From Yuukianura sp. NJ FZ-2021 (lineage: Eukaryota), in contig CM102288.1 of the NCBI GenBank assembly GCA_046563655.1, forward strand, positions 248,001-312,000: DNA of 64,000 nucleotides, in the 5' to 3' direction. Numbering within the stretch: position 1 is the first letter of the stretch; each line of letters begins with the position of its first letter. Below are positions 39,616-54,061 of the stretch, piece after piece. The translations under genes were made by a program, and so were the position numbers. The notes under the pieces were generated by a model, which had not been told where the DNA came from, did no database searches, and saw nothing but the letters and a program-made list of their open reading frames with translations.

Positions 39616-42600
39616 ATGAGCAGTAGTGGACCATGGACTGCCCGGAGGCGAGGTCATGACCTCCACTTAACATTATTTTCCTTAACGTGTTGTGCAGTGA
39701 CAGTTTTATTGTTCCTGGAACCATCAAATGCCCATGTTGGCCTCACCTTCCCCCCTGCTAGAAAGTACGACTTGGACTTTTTAGATAATGTTCGAACAAA
39801 ACCACCTTGTGGAATGCCTAAAGGTAAGAGAACATCCACTTTTCAAAATTTAGACGATTTATGAACCTTATTCGAAAAATTCTTTTGTTCAAAGTGACAT
39901 AATTTAGGTAAACTCGGATTTTTAATGTTGAAATTTCAGTAAGAAAAATGAGTTCTGTGGAAGAAGGAAAAAAGGGAGCAGCATTGTACAGAAACTTGAA
40001 AATCAGGATTTTTTGGCACACAAAATCATTGTGAATTGTCAAAAATTTACACCCAAATGACAGTTGCTTGCACCAGTGGTTTTTGCTACTAAAAAGTAAA
40101 GAATCTGATCATTTTAAGGCCAATTTGTAGTCTGGGTCTCCAAAAAGTTCACATTTTATTTGGGTTTTAACCTTACGTTTGACTTCTTTTTTACTCCAAA
40201 TTCTCACATTTTTTTCATCTTTTTAAAACACGTTTCATTGAGAAATTACGATGATCTCATTTTCAGTTGGAAAGAATTAAATTGTAATGCTCACAAAACC
40301 TTCTTTTTATTTTCTACAAAATTGTAGAAAATGGAAAGATTTTTTGAAAAAGAACATTTTGGTAGTTGACAATCATGTTTGTCATTTGACCATTGTAGCA
40401 TTACATAACGGGAATGTAGCAGATGACATTTAAATGTACAAGTAAATAAAAAAAAAAGTAAAGAAAGATCTGTTAAGTTATTCAGGTCATGACAGACAGT
40501 AAGTAGTTCCAAATCGTGTTTTTTGGACACACTTTTTCTACATTTTTGTGTATGACATTTTGCCTTTGTTACAATGTTATACCTGGCAAAGTCTATTTTT
40601 CATTTTACTTTTATTAAAAATTTGAAAAATATTTGCACTATTATTGTTAAAATATTTTTTTATTTATTCACTACTGTCAGATTTTGTTACCTTTGAATTG
40701 ATTTTTGGCTGTGAAGAAACTGATGTGGGATTTTTCTTTTCTGTGGATTTCAATTTTGATTTTGTAGGTTTTAGGAACTGAAATGTTCAAATACTGTTTG
40801 ATTTTGTTGAGCTTTTAAATGAGACATGAATATCGTGGGCTGAAGAAATGTAAATTGTAGAGCAGTAAATGTAAATTTGATCTCTTTATTCCGAGAGTTC
40901 ACCAGATTTGGTGTACAGATTGCCGTTAAAATTGAGAAATTCCGTAAAATTGTGCCCTTTTAACTCACTTTTTATGTCAAAATGCCAAAATTGTGGTAAA
41001 AACTTTATGTTTGAACTTCAATTTCAGGAGTAATTACTTTGATCAATAATTTTGTGCATAAACGTGGTAATTACTTTTGAATTCCAAAAAGGAATTACAA
41101 CAACGTTGTTTCTCACGCATTTAATTCAAAATGAACTCCGATTTAAATTCATGGAAATGAGCAAGAATTTTTTTGGAGCTGTTCGCTATAGCCTGGTGCC
41201 TAAATGTGTCGTCTGACACGCAGCTCAGCCATCTCGAACGCCGTAAATCTCTAAAGCTAAAAAAATTTAGTTTCGTTTACAATGTTGACTGTGTCCTGTG
41301 TCTTTCCTTTACCACAATTCCTTTGTATCAGAATTCCCAAATTACAAAAAATTACAAACTAAAAAACTCGTAAATTTTTTGTGTAAAAAGCATAAAAATA
41401 AAGTTTTAAAGTTAAGCCGACACTCTCGTCTCGGCGTTTACGTTTTGCTAACAACGCCTCCACGCATTAACCGCAACTTACAATTTAATATTCTCACGGA
41501 CCATTTCCCCCTCTCATTGCACAATTACGATTTTGATTTCCTTGATTGCATTTTTGGAAATGTCAAACAATGGGTTGAGTTACGTAAAAGTGGAGTTAAA
41601 AGTTATCCTTGGATTTGGCATTACTCTCATTATGGATCCACTGATGGCAGATTGGCACTTACCATTCATTTTGTTCAATTGTGACCCCCAAGGCCAGGGG
41701 TGATTGTAACACCACAAATTCACAAAAAAAGTAAAATTGGATGTTATGGTACAACTTGAAAGAAAAAATTTAGTACCTACTAACTCTGGGAATTTGAAAA
41801 TGTTCAATCGTTGTTAAATAGTGGGGGCGGTGGTGGATGGTGATGATGTGCACCAAGGCTTAGGATTTGAAATGATTCATGTCATGTAGGAAGTAACTCT
41901 CTTAAGGTCGTGAGATAAAGAAACACTTAATGTGTTGATTTTTTACTAAAAGAACATTTAAAGAAAGAGGATTCAAGATTTTGATTACTTTTTTGCCCGA
42001 ATTTGAGATCCTATCATGATTTTTTCACTTTTTAGTTATTACTGTATTTCCTCGCATATAACATTCACTCGCGTATAATTCGAACCTGCATTTTTTTTCG
42101 ATGAATTTTTTTCGACGTCAATGTCTCACAATTTATGTGTTTAATTTCTGTTTTATTGAAAGTGAAAAGTAAAGAGTTTAAAGCATTAACTGGCGAATCT
42201 GCTTTCTCTTGTGGTCTACAAAGATAGTGAAGAAGGGTGTTAATGAGGAATGTCAACCTTATCCCCCACGTTAACGTGTTAATGTGCCATAAAAGTCTAC
42301 TTCTTTACGTTTTAATTGGTAATGACACACATATTCTCAAGATCATCTTCACACTTGGAAATTGCAATTGCAACTACTACCTACCTTGGGCTGGAATTTA
42401 CATTTCTAAACAAGACAAAGAAATCAATTCCATCAACTAAAAATCTAAATATTTAGAATTTCTTGTGTCAATTTTTAGTAACTCACTATTTTCCTTTTTC
42501 CTTTTTTATTTATTTAACCCAGACAGCACGAGAAGGAGATTTGGTGATAATTAATTTTTAAAACAGTTTGAGAGTTTTTGAAAAAAACGAAATGAATTAA

Positions 42601-45600
42601 TGTTTGGAGTTTGTTTTGGCGTAATGACGTTGGTTGAGATGACTAATTGAGATATAATACGGTAGTGATGGATGGTTGATAAAGTTAAGTTGAGTTAAAT
42701 TTAAGTTAAGGATAAGGTGGAAATAAGTAGTAGTGTGATTGTTTGGTGGTTGGTGTTGCGTGACCTTAAGGGAAACAATGCGTTGTTGAAGGGTGGAGCA
42801 AAGTAACTGATCTGGATCCTCACATTAGAAATTGAAACTAACAAGGAAAGTTAAGTTGGAAACTGTTCACTGCGGGGGTGATGACCTTGGTGTAGTTCAA
42901 GGCATGCATAATTATTCTAATGTATTTATTAATTTTTAATATATTTTTATAGGTTCGATCAAGACGAGTCTTGTGTCGGGATCCCTCGTGAATGTCACTT
43001 GGCATCTCTCGTACCCTCATCAGGTGAGGAACATGACAGCTTAATTTTAAATGTTAATTAACTTTTGTTAATTGAAGATTGCTTAAATGTTATTCCAGGG
43101 TGGGTATCGCCTGGAGCTGATGGATGCTCAGGAAAAAGAGATTCTGGACTTGACTCCAAGGAGGGGCAGTGACGACTACGTTCGTGGAGATCCAACGTAA
43201 GAATCAAAACTCATTTTCAAAATTATTAAAAACGAAAACAAAATTTCTCTAATTAACATAATACGCACTCACTTCACGTTCACCGCTAAAAGTTTCAGTA
43301 GGATTTTTAGTTTCTAATTCGGCGAAAAATCTGTGTAACTATCAGAAAATAGCAGAATGCACTATTATGGATTTTTTCATAATTTTTTGACCAGTTGTCA
43401 AACTCTTTTAAAATTCAGTTGAAATTCGGTGTTTTCGGTTCTGGAGAAATCCAGTTCCGAATAATTTCAGTTTTGTTTGAATTAATTGCGATGTGGCAGT
43501 TTTGTTGTTGATTGAAGCACTGTCGACTCATTTGCCGTGATGACTATTTGCGGAAAAACTAAAATTGATGATGTGTTGTGGGTAGGGCTAAGGATTGCCC
43601 ATAGATTGAACAAAATGATTGATGTACTTGGTGGAGGGAGTCTTGTGATTTAAGTTTGCACATTTCATCCATAGCCCAACACAGGAATTTCATCCTGTAG
43701 GAACAACAGGAATTTAATCCTGCACTACAGGAATTCTGATAGTTTGTAATTCGGTGAATAATTGGAAATGATGATGATTTGGCGGTTTATTATTGTCATT
43801 GGGAGAATTGTGAGTGAAGATGAATGGATTTTGGTTGAGTGTGAGTAGGAAGTGTAATTGAATTGGGGATTTAAATAGGTTTTTACTGTTAGGTCCAAAG
43901 TGACAAGAATAAATATTAAGCAGAAGCATTTGAGCACCTTCACTCCAATGCTGCTGTGAGTTGCAGAAGAAGTGAATCTTAATTTAGAGGAAGGTGCAGA
44001 GTAGTTTAAGTTTGGATCGATCGATGACCTCCTTACCTCAATTGACCCAAACTTTACTTCTATTCTTGTTTCTAAAAAGAAAAGAGAGAATTAGGTTATG
44101 CTAAAAGCAAATCCTTTTGTTAGCGCCGATTCCCCAATAATTGACAACTTTGACACCAATTGGGAATTTTCGGAACTTGACTTTTCAGTTAGCTAAAAAC
44201 ATGACCAATTAGATACATAATCCAGCTTTTTTCGGTCTCTCTTGTATTTTCCAGAAAATAATTTATAATTTAAATATAATGATATAGTATGAAATTAAAT
44301 ATTAATTATATTATATTATTGCATTATTGCATGAATTAGTCGACGTTTTGCATCTGCTTTTGTTTTGGTGTTTGGGAATTGTGAAATTCCCAACAAACGA
44401 AGAATTGCATAATTCGAGTGAATTTGAGATTTGAGAGGAAGGAGAGGTGTGAACTGTGAGTTGAAATTCTGTAAAGTGGAGAGGATGCGACAGAGGTTGC
44501 TCTGAAAAGTGTATAATTACATGTTAATTTAATTGAGATTACGCAACTAACGTTTCTTTAAAGTAAAGAAAGTCCCCTTTAATTACTGCCTTTTAGGCCG
44601 AACTGTATCACATTTAAAGGGCCCCACGTCCATCATCATTCATCTTCTCCCGTCCTTCACAACTCACATGTACTTAACTTCACAAATCACAGTCATTCAT
44701 CATCTTAGTCCTTTAAAATGTTTCATTTTGTGCAAATGTGCAAAATGATCTTTAATCATTTAAATGGGTGTACAATTATTTTAATTTGACGGTTTTGACA
44801 AAGTCACGCTTTTGTCACTCTGCTTTATGGGAAATATTTAAGTCCGGAATTGGCTACACGGGGACCAATTTTAAGTTTAAAGTTTAGGAAGTTGCGAATT
44901 GGGATGCAACTTTAAAAAGTGTAACAATGAGGGAACAATGCGTGTGACGTGAGATATGGTGTAACCTGTAACAATGAGACTTTGTGTGTACATGTCCCCC
45001 CATTGTTTCCAAATCCAGATCACCTGTTGTTATTGTTGTTTTTTATTAAAATAAGCTCAGATTGTTAAAGTTGATGTGGATTGTTACAGTTAATTATGTT
45101 TTATTGACATGATATGGTTAAGCGACATTTGTGAAAGCATAATGAGGCGTAGCATACTAATGTCAAGTCAATTTGGCATGGTCGTAAGTGGTTGCAGTAG
45201 GTAGACACAAGGACCTTGGCCCATTGTTCAACATTTTTCACTAAAAAGTTGACAAGTTTAGTAGATGTGAGAAATTACTGTTTCTGTTCCTTATTTTTGG
45301 GTTTTACTGTAAAAGTGTGTCGTGGGAAGTTGGGTGTGATTCGTTATTTGGATGAGCTCACATTTTGTCTTTAGATTTAGACTGAATTTGAAAAAATGGG
45401 CCAACGACCGCGTGTATTTGCTTTTCCAAAAAATCAGAATTTATAAGTACATGGTGCATGTTGGAGATTTCCAGGTCATCGATTCTGGATTTTCTGGACA
45501 GGAATTGTGAAAGTGACTTTTGTTAAAAAGTAGGTGAAGAAGATGAATAATTGAATCCAATTTGGTTTGTTTTATGTTTTAGGGCGCAGTCTTTCCAGGT

Positions 45601-48600
45601 CAAGCTGCCACCGAGTTTCACTTGTGAAGATTGTACAATTCGGTTGCTAAGAGAAGCTTCTGAGTGGTCAGGAAAATATCGGTTTTGGTCATGCGCAGAC
45701 GTCAGTATCGTTCAACTGGAGGCGTACAAAGAATCCTGTTCTGGACATGGGCGACCGATAGCTGGAAGATGCATTTGTAACAAAGGTGAGCACGATTTTT
45801 TCAAAAACGTTAGTTTTTTTGAATTTTTTAGTAAAATTTTGATTCCTTAGGATTCTGGGGTCATCGCTGTCAGTATGAAGATGAATGTGAGACGCAGAAG
45901 GAGTGTGGGAATGGAAACGGCCAGTGCATTGACCTCGGTGGAACGGCGCTCCCCAGAAAACAGTGTTTTTGCAATCCTGGATTTCACGGTGAAAAGTGTT
46001 TGAAACGCAACTTGGTTCGATTGGCGGATGGAAAGAAACCGCTAGATTTGACTCAACACAAGAAACGAATTTTGTCTGAACGCATGACACTTTACTACAA
46101 AGTAGTTCCAGCTAAAAACGCTGAAAATAATGAAATGGAGTTTGTGCTGGAGATTGAAGGGACTTCGTACGGAGCCCTTGGGTGGCGTCCTGCCAGTTTC
46201 ACCAAAACTTGTCAACGGTGGCCGTTCATTGCCGGTTCAACACCAGATCGACAGGGCAAGGGAATCGCTGTCAGTGGATCGTAAGTCAAATCAGAAAAAC
46301 GTTTGAACTCATATTAAATTTCTAGGTTTTTGAAATTTGGAATTTTCCTTATATTAGTTTACTCTTTTAAAAAAATACTTAAAAAAATTGTTACTATTTT
46401 TTCTCACAGGGATAAAGTTTCGGTAGCTGCTGAACCGGAACCGAAACCGGAAGGAGAACCGGAACCGTCTGCTGAAGGAGAACCTTCGGCTGAAGGTGAA
46501 CCGTCCGGAGAACCATCGGCTTCGAAAGAAGTTCACTCGAAGCGCGGTCAAGCAGAAGCCGAACCAGCATCAGAACCGGAACCGAAACCAGAGGGCCAAA
46601 GCGAACCTGAACCGGCGTCTGGTAAGCCAATTGCCAATTTTTTTTAAAATTTCCAAATGGTGAACTTTTTATTTATTGTTAGAACCAGAACCGTCAACTT
46701 CATCTGCCCCAAAAACAAACGCGGGCAAGCTGAAATCCAAGATCCGTCCGAAACCGAAGTTGCTAAGCGACGGAGAAGACGTTAACCTCGAATCGTCTGC
46801 TATCACAGTCACTCGTGCCTCTACCAGGAAACAGCGATCGCCTGAACCAGAAGCCGAATCGGAACCACAATCCGAACCAGAACCCAATTCCGAACCAGAA
46901 CCAGAAGGAGAGCCAAGTTCTGCCGCTGAACCAGAAGCTGTACCAGAAGGCGAGCCAGAACCAGAAAGTCCTTCTGCTGGACACGATTACAATCCAAGCG
47001 AACTTCAAGCTCATGAGGTTCGTTTTTTACAAAATCACATACATTTTTGTCATAAACTTAAACTTTGAGCTATGAAAAATTATGCTTGACCTTCGTATTT
47101 TCTTTTTGCAGTGGTCACCACGCAATGACTTCCACGCAATGGATTGTATCGAGTAAGTCACGAAACAAACCGTTTAGCAGCTTTCACTTACTGTTTTTTA
47201 AAAGCGGAAGTTGTAAAAATGAAGTTTTATGATTTTGACTTTTTATGAAATCAGTCTCGTGATGGGGGCAGCTAGAGGTCAACTGTCAAGAATCCTGGAT
47301 TACTACACACGAGACAGATCTACTCCTAGACTGGACTCTTTTTGGGGTGGGAAAGACGATATAACGTCTGCCACTGGATGGGAAAACGACAAGAAAACGA
47401 CTTTGATCTTTCGACGTCGTGTCAGATCCACTGACGGTTCGGATCATTCTTTGGATTCGGGTGAAATGCATGTCATTTGGGCCAGAGGTCAAGAACAAGG
47501 AGATTATGTCCACAAACCACAATCCGGTAAGAGTCTAGAAATCAGGAGTCACAATGATTCTTGACTCACGCGAGTCAAAAGTGACTCATCATTGGATTTG
47601 TTTTTAGGTCTTGAGAAAGAAGGCCATATGCCTTCAGTTCCGAAGTTTTATGCTCCAGACGAAATTAAGTACCATGGGCATGGAGCTCAGAGAGGGAAAA
47701 CGCGTATTAACTTTTTTGAAAAAGCGGCGTCCAGTGCTAATCAAGGGAAGAACGAAGATAAATGTGAAGATGGTTGGAGTCATCCGCCGGGATGTTCAAA
47801 CGAAGATCCAAAAATGCCTTGCAGTTACACTGCTCGGTGGCGATACATTCCCAATATCGACTCTGTCCAGTTTACAATTCAGAGCAGGAAGGCCGAACGT
47901 TGGACTGGAATTGGTTTTGGTCAGTGTCATTTTTCAAAAAAAGTCAACAAATTTTGAACTTTTTAAAATTTTTAATTTTTATTAACTTTTTGAATTGTGA
48001 TTTAGGTGACAGTCCGACCATGAGAAATTCTGATGCTGTTTTGGGCTACGTGACGCCCGGTGGCGGCTCGTTTGTGTGGGACGCTTACATGGCCTCTTAC
48101 ATCATCCCGTCTCTAGATGCTGTCCAGGTACTAGTTACCGAGTTACCAAAAATGTTGAAATTCAAAATTTGGAAATAAAATTTTGAATTTTTTTTTAGAA
48201 TTTGAAGAACGAAAGTGGAAGTTACACTGATGGTGTCGTCACAATTTCGTTCATCCGTCCCGTTGAGTCGACGGATCCCGAAGACGTGTCGTTGGACAAA
48301 TGTCGGTTTTTCATTTTTCCAATCGAAGGAGGAAACTACAACGCTGTTTCAAAGAAAATTGGAAAACACATTCAGACTCCTTTGACTTCGGCTGAGCGTG
48401 TTTGTATTCCCAGAACATGTCGTACCGTCAAACCGAAAAAACCGGACGAACTCCGGTACGCTTTTGACATCAAGTTGGTTGGTGGTTTTGCCAATAGTTG
48501 GCAACCACCGAAACCCGGCACGAGAGAATTTGATGACCTGAACAATCGGCTTCGGCGTGACCTTGAAGCACAACTCAAAAGTATCGACGGATTTAGAAGT

Positions 48601-49955
48601 TTGGGGCTCACTGATATCAAAAAGTAACAAATTCTGAAACTCAAATGAAAAGTTTAGTTTAAAAAACAGTTTTTTGACAGTTTTTGATTTTTTTTAGAGT
48701 TGGATCGGAAGCTGTTGCCAGTTTGGAACTGATGGTAAATCCCAACAGTGAACTTGCTAAGAAGGATCGAGTGAGCAGAGCCCTTAAGGAAACAATTTCC
48801 AGCGGAAAAGCTGGACAACTCCAAGTGGATCCAACGTTTTTGGCTCTAAGTGCTCCAGAACTGAGGAAATCCACGAATGACGAAGAAGGAGAAAATGAAG
48901 TTGTGTTTCCAGCGCTGATTGGAACGAGACTTTGGATTGTCATTGGTTGTGTTGCAGCACTCATTGTACTAGCACTTGTCCAAGCTATTCTCACAATCTA
49001 CAAATCATCCGGAAAAACATCTTCACACAAAGTAAGTTTTGAAATTTCAATAAGTTTTTGAAATTTTGAAAAATCTAACTCTGTTTACTTTCTCTCTGCT
49101 TTCTCTTCAAAATCTTCAATTTCTATCTTCTGCTGCCCTGCTGAAGGTGACTCCAAACGGAGTGGAGTTGAGCCCAAAAGCAGCCTTTCCGAAAACTCCA
49201 TAAAATTTTCAAAAAAAAAAGTTTTCTGAAATACACTCTTTTCGAAAATTTTAAGAATCCTTTTTGAACTACGCGATGTGTGTAAGCTCTCAAATTTTCT
49301 GAACACACGCACCTTACACGTAGTAGTCGCTTTTGCACAAAATCATTGAAATCTGGTTTTGCTTATAATTTTAAAATTTCGTTTTTAAAAGGACTTTTTT
49401 CAAATGACTTCAAAAATGCAACTTTTCTACTTTTTCCTATGAATTTTGGAGTTGACTAAATTTGTATCTGTTTTCCAGGATTCCCCGTCGAGTGGTTCTG
49501 GAATGGCCTGGAGAGACTACTCGGAGACGAACTTTGCATATGACGGTTATGACGAAAAGGGTTACCATGGGAACGGAAACACAATGCCACTCAGATCCAC
49601 TCCAACGCATTACAACGGACACTCTCAGTATCACTACAATGGTGGTGGTGGGGCACAGTCCCACATGACCAACATGTCACTGCCCAGGCCTCAGAGTCAG
49701 TCCAGAACCAATGGTGGGGCAGCTCATCACCCCCATCGTCATAGCAACAGTCACTTGGTCACCTCTCCAAGTACATCCACTTCCTACAACAATGGACACA
49801 GCTCAAATTCACACGGTGGGGCCGGTGGAGGATATGGTGGTGGGACAGGGGCGGGGCTGAGTCAAAACAATCCAGACTTTTACTTTATGCCGTCCCAACG
49901 GAAGTACTCGGGTGAAGTCGTGCGTGTATATGTTGATCATAACAACAAACGATGA
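39616..49955 (+). CDS. nahoda: Type-I membrane protein: signal peptide, His-brace LPMO-like domain, EGF repeats, two DOMON domains, SEA-like domain, TM helix, cytoplasmic tail (nahoda-like)
   Basis: Exons joined in frame by GT-AG phase: 39616-39823, 42953-43023, 43099-43196, 45583 onward. Motifs CSGHGRPIAGRCIC, YGALGWRP...AMDCIDLVMG, RWTGIGFG..PTMRNSDAVLG and TM LWIVIGCVAALIVLALVQAILTIY. Gene name is recalled similarity to Drosophila nahoda, not a search result. Confidence 0.85.
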
Positions 49956-51501
49956 GAATCCTTGTTTTTTAGAAACATTTCTAAAAAGTACGTAAAATTT
50001 CGTCAACTGGGCGGAGCTAACGTATGTCACGCCCAGTTGACGCCTTTTGAGTTTTCAATTGATCGCTTCATGCGATGTCCCCATGCTGCTTCCTGCGAAC
50101 TGAATTACATATCCTTAATATTTAAACGAAATTTTGATTAAATAGTCGTAAATCTACTTAATCTAAAACTGATTCTACAAGTTGAACAAATTAATGATAA
50201 GTTAAGTTATCATGAATTTAGATAACTTTAGAATTTTAGTGAATTAATAATCATTGGTTAGAAATGAGAATAGTTGTGGATCATTCCCACAAGAAAAAAT
50301 GCAACTTTTAGAATCTAAACTTACAAATGAAAGTTTTAGTTTTCACGGAAGTTTTATAGTCTTGAGGACGTAATGTATCAATTTATAATTCAATTCAACT
50401 TTAATTTGTAATTTTTAGACAAATTTTAATTTTAGATTTCTAGAACACGTAGTTCTATAAGGTATTCCTAATTTATAATTTTATTGTCACTTTGGACAAA
50501 ACTTGTAAAATAAAAAGTAAAAATTGTGAGAATCAAAACGCAATGGTTCATATTAAATCCGTTTAATTAAAAATGTTGGCCAAACAATACTTACAGTCAA
50601 TGATTCTCGTCGTCTGAGCTGACCTTGACCTTTGACCCTGACCCTACCAGAAGCTTCATTTCTTCAAACTACTACAGATCTAACAAAGTTACCGCAAGTT
50701 GCATTCCATTTTTAGAAATCTGGCACAAATCCCCTTGGGGTACATAATAATAATTAACTTAAATCTAATGAGAAAATTTACTGCGATTACTGTGACTTTT
50801 GCGAGTGTTTAAGCTTTAAACATAATTTAAGCTAACGTTAACGTAGTTAGTTAACTTAAGTATGGAAGCGGTAATCGTTGTACTGTACAATATACCCTTT
50901 ATAGTAGAATTTTTTTCAAATTTTCCAAATTCTTAATTATTTACACATTTTTAATTTAGTTTTTAAAAGTTTAGAAAAAGTTCTGTCAAGGTTGGATTAA
51001 TATCATTCCAGTGTGGCACAACCCCTTACGTTTTCCGTACAAGGACCTCAGCTGCTAAAACTATTCAAAACTTTTACATAAATTACAGTATAACAACAAC
51101 TAATTCATATATTATAATTACTTATTTCCTAATTTACATATTATATTAATATGTAATAACTATTTTATGTAGAAATATTCTAATGGTTTGAGACAGACGT
51201 TTTTTGATCTCACATTTTCACAACTCTTAAAAATGTTTAGATAGGAAAGTGGTGATTGTTTTTTGTTTTGATTTTTTTTTTAGAAAACTTTTCAAAAATT
51301 CACCGTAAAAATGAAGGCATGCAAAAGATTTTGGCGTGAGTATAAACGTATCTCGTCCGTTTTTTCTGAACATTGAACATGATTGTTCCTTGAAAATGAC
51401 TTGGACAAGTTGTAAATGGATGGTTAACAACAGAGCTTCAGCGGAGCCACGAGGTTTTGGTGGGGCCGATGGAGTGGCAAGCGTTGTGGTGGGACTGGAA
51501 G

Positions 51502-52333
51502 TTAGTGGGCGTAGTGCATGGTGCCTTGAGCGAACTGTCTGGCAGTGGTGGTGGGTTGGTCTTCGTAGTAAGGTTGACTGTACTGGACTTGTGCGTACTG
51601 TGCTTGTGCTGCTTGTTGCTGTGCCAGTGAAGGCAGCAAGTACCGAATTTCAATCATGAATGTGCGAACGACGTAGAGAGAGTAGACTCGGTAGGCGAGG
51701 AAGATGAAACTAGGAATGTGGACAGTGATTAACTTGGGATTGAGAACTAGCGTAGCCAGCACTACGAACACTTGGAGAGCACATGTGATACAGTTAATGA
51801 CGAGCCACAGCATCAGTCTTCCAATACTCCGCTAAACAAAACGACACAAAAACGTTTAGGATATTTTGAATTTTGAAAATAGTTAAGTTGAATTCTTTTA
51901 TGTTGCTTACATCTTTGGCCCCAATGTAGAGAAGTATGACAATGATGAGCCAGACAAGCAGCACAATTACTGGAAATTACATAAGTTACATAGTTACATA
52001 AATTAAACAAGTGTGAAGTGAGATGGACTTTGATGACTTACCGACACAAGCAGCGACGATTGCAATAAGAATTCCAAGCTGTGACTTGAGTTGAGCCCTC
52101 ATGTCTGGATTTGGCTCTTTTTCCATTAAAATAGAGTCAATGTACACTGACGGAAGACATATTACTACCACGGCTCCAAGCACACCCAACACGAACAAAA
52201 TCTGGACACAAATGCATTTGCAACATGAACTAAAAAGTAACAAATATTTGTACTTGACTGATTGGTTCATGAAATTAAGTTTGCGTACCACTTCTACATA
52301 AACTACTACCCGAGTCTGCAATTCAGCCTTCAT
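51502..52333 (-). CDS. Four-TM protein (LAPTM/DUF4728-like layout), paralog A
   Basis: Four exons with four hydrophobic segments; LWLVIN...FLAYRVYSLYVVRTF; Gln/Tyr-rich tail. Start may lie further upstream. Confidence 0.75.
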
Positions 52334-54061
52334 TGTAGCTTTTATGCAGTACTTTCTTTGTTTTTCTTGGCTTTTGGAGCAATGAGTAACCCTGTCCCAG
52401 AAAGTTGAAAGTTGATGAACGGCTTTGCGAAGATTATTTTCGTAATTTGCTAAATTGGTCTCCGCTTAGTCACTAAAGTTGGTTCCATCATTTGATGTCT
52501 CAATGGCACTTGTTTGACGACCAACTAAATACTTATTTAAAAATCGAAATTAATGGACGTTTAGTGGCGAGTCCTGAAGGAGAGATTCCTTAGGTCATTC
52601 CCCCGAACACGTTTCGGCGGAAAGTTGGCAGTGTGACCGTAACTGTTGATGTCGGATCCAATTTCATTCAACACTGCGACTTGTTTCCGATTTTGAACTT
52701 CAGAAGATCCATGATTCCATTCAGATTAATTCATTTTGTCTCTATAATAAAAAATACAAGATTTAATTAGTTAAGATTCCGAGTCACACTTTTAATCAAT
52801 CGTGAAACAACACTTACGAATTGAAATCTGGAATCATGTCAGTGTCACTCAATGACTCACGCTAAGAATATATCCAGCTCCTTGAGCACGATATAACCCC
52901 AGTGCAAAACAGAGGTGAGGTTTTTAGGGATTGGTCACCTTTTTACATGCAAAATTCCTCTTCTCGGTCTTCCTTCGTCCCCCACCACTTTAGACTGTAA
53001 ACAAACTACCCTCTTCCACCGAGACCGAATTGCAATTAGCTAAACGGAAGTGTAATTAACTTAATTACTACAATGATTGATCATGGTATCAGTAATTAAA
53101 ACAGTATTTGAAAAAAGTAAGTGAAATGAAGAAGAGGGGAAGAGGAAATGTATTGATTAATTTTGAACAGAGAGATCACTCCTTTTTTTTGTCTCATCTT
53201 CATCTCTGAAAACTGGATGTCTGTAGCATCTAATACATTAATCATGTGTCAAAAGGTCAAAGGTCAACTTTCAAACTTACTCAGAATATAATAACTTTTA
53301 CATAATATTTTATTTAAGTTTTTATAAAATACAAATAATTTAACATTAACTTTTTGAAAACTCTTGAAGATTCTTTTGCAGCCACTCCATTTTCGAAATT
53401 CTTACCGTGTTTTTGCTTTTCCAATTAAATTAATGTCCTCAAATGGTCATATTTATGTTTTACAATCTTTTAATTGTAATTAACTTATAGCATATTTGTA
53501 GTAAGTAACATTTGTTCTTTGTGTTTAACTTTAGTTAATATTACAGTTCAGATATGGAGACGTTTGCAGTAAGCCCTTTAATTTTTTCTAATCTTAATTT
53601 TAATATTCTAAAGTACAATTAAAAAATTAAAACATTTTAAATTTACTTCGTTCACTCACATCAATTGATCAATTCGCTTTCTGCTGCTTCCTTAAACACT
53701 ACACAGTATCATCGAATCATCATTCATTTACAACTTGAAGAGATGAATTGACCATTATGTAAACAGTTTGGCAAAATACAAAATGACCTGCAATTCTATT
53801 CTTGGTTCTTTTCAAGTTTAAATTAAATTTTCACTTTAAATAAACTTTTCAAAAATGTTGTCCTAAAAAATAAAATTATATAAAATTTAAAAACCACTTA
53901 CAGAACACCCTGAGCTGTTACGTTGATTATGTGTTTTTAAGGAATTTGAGTATACAGAAGAACCCCTCTTTTAGCAAATCACTGTCATTGGAATTTTCAA
54001 GTTTTAGAACAATCCAATCTACTTTTTTTGAAAAGTGAGTTGTTTGTATTAAAAAGTGAGT

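Noticed and set aside
49148..49203. Possible alternative terminal exon of the DOMON gene (VTPNGVELSPKAAFPKTP*)
   Set aside because: Acceptor is weak and nothing else supports it without transcript data.
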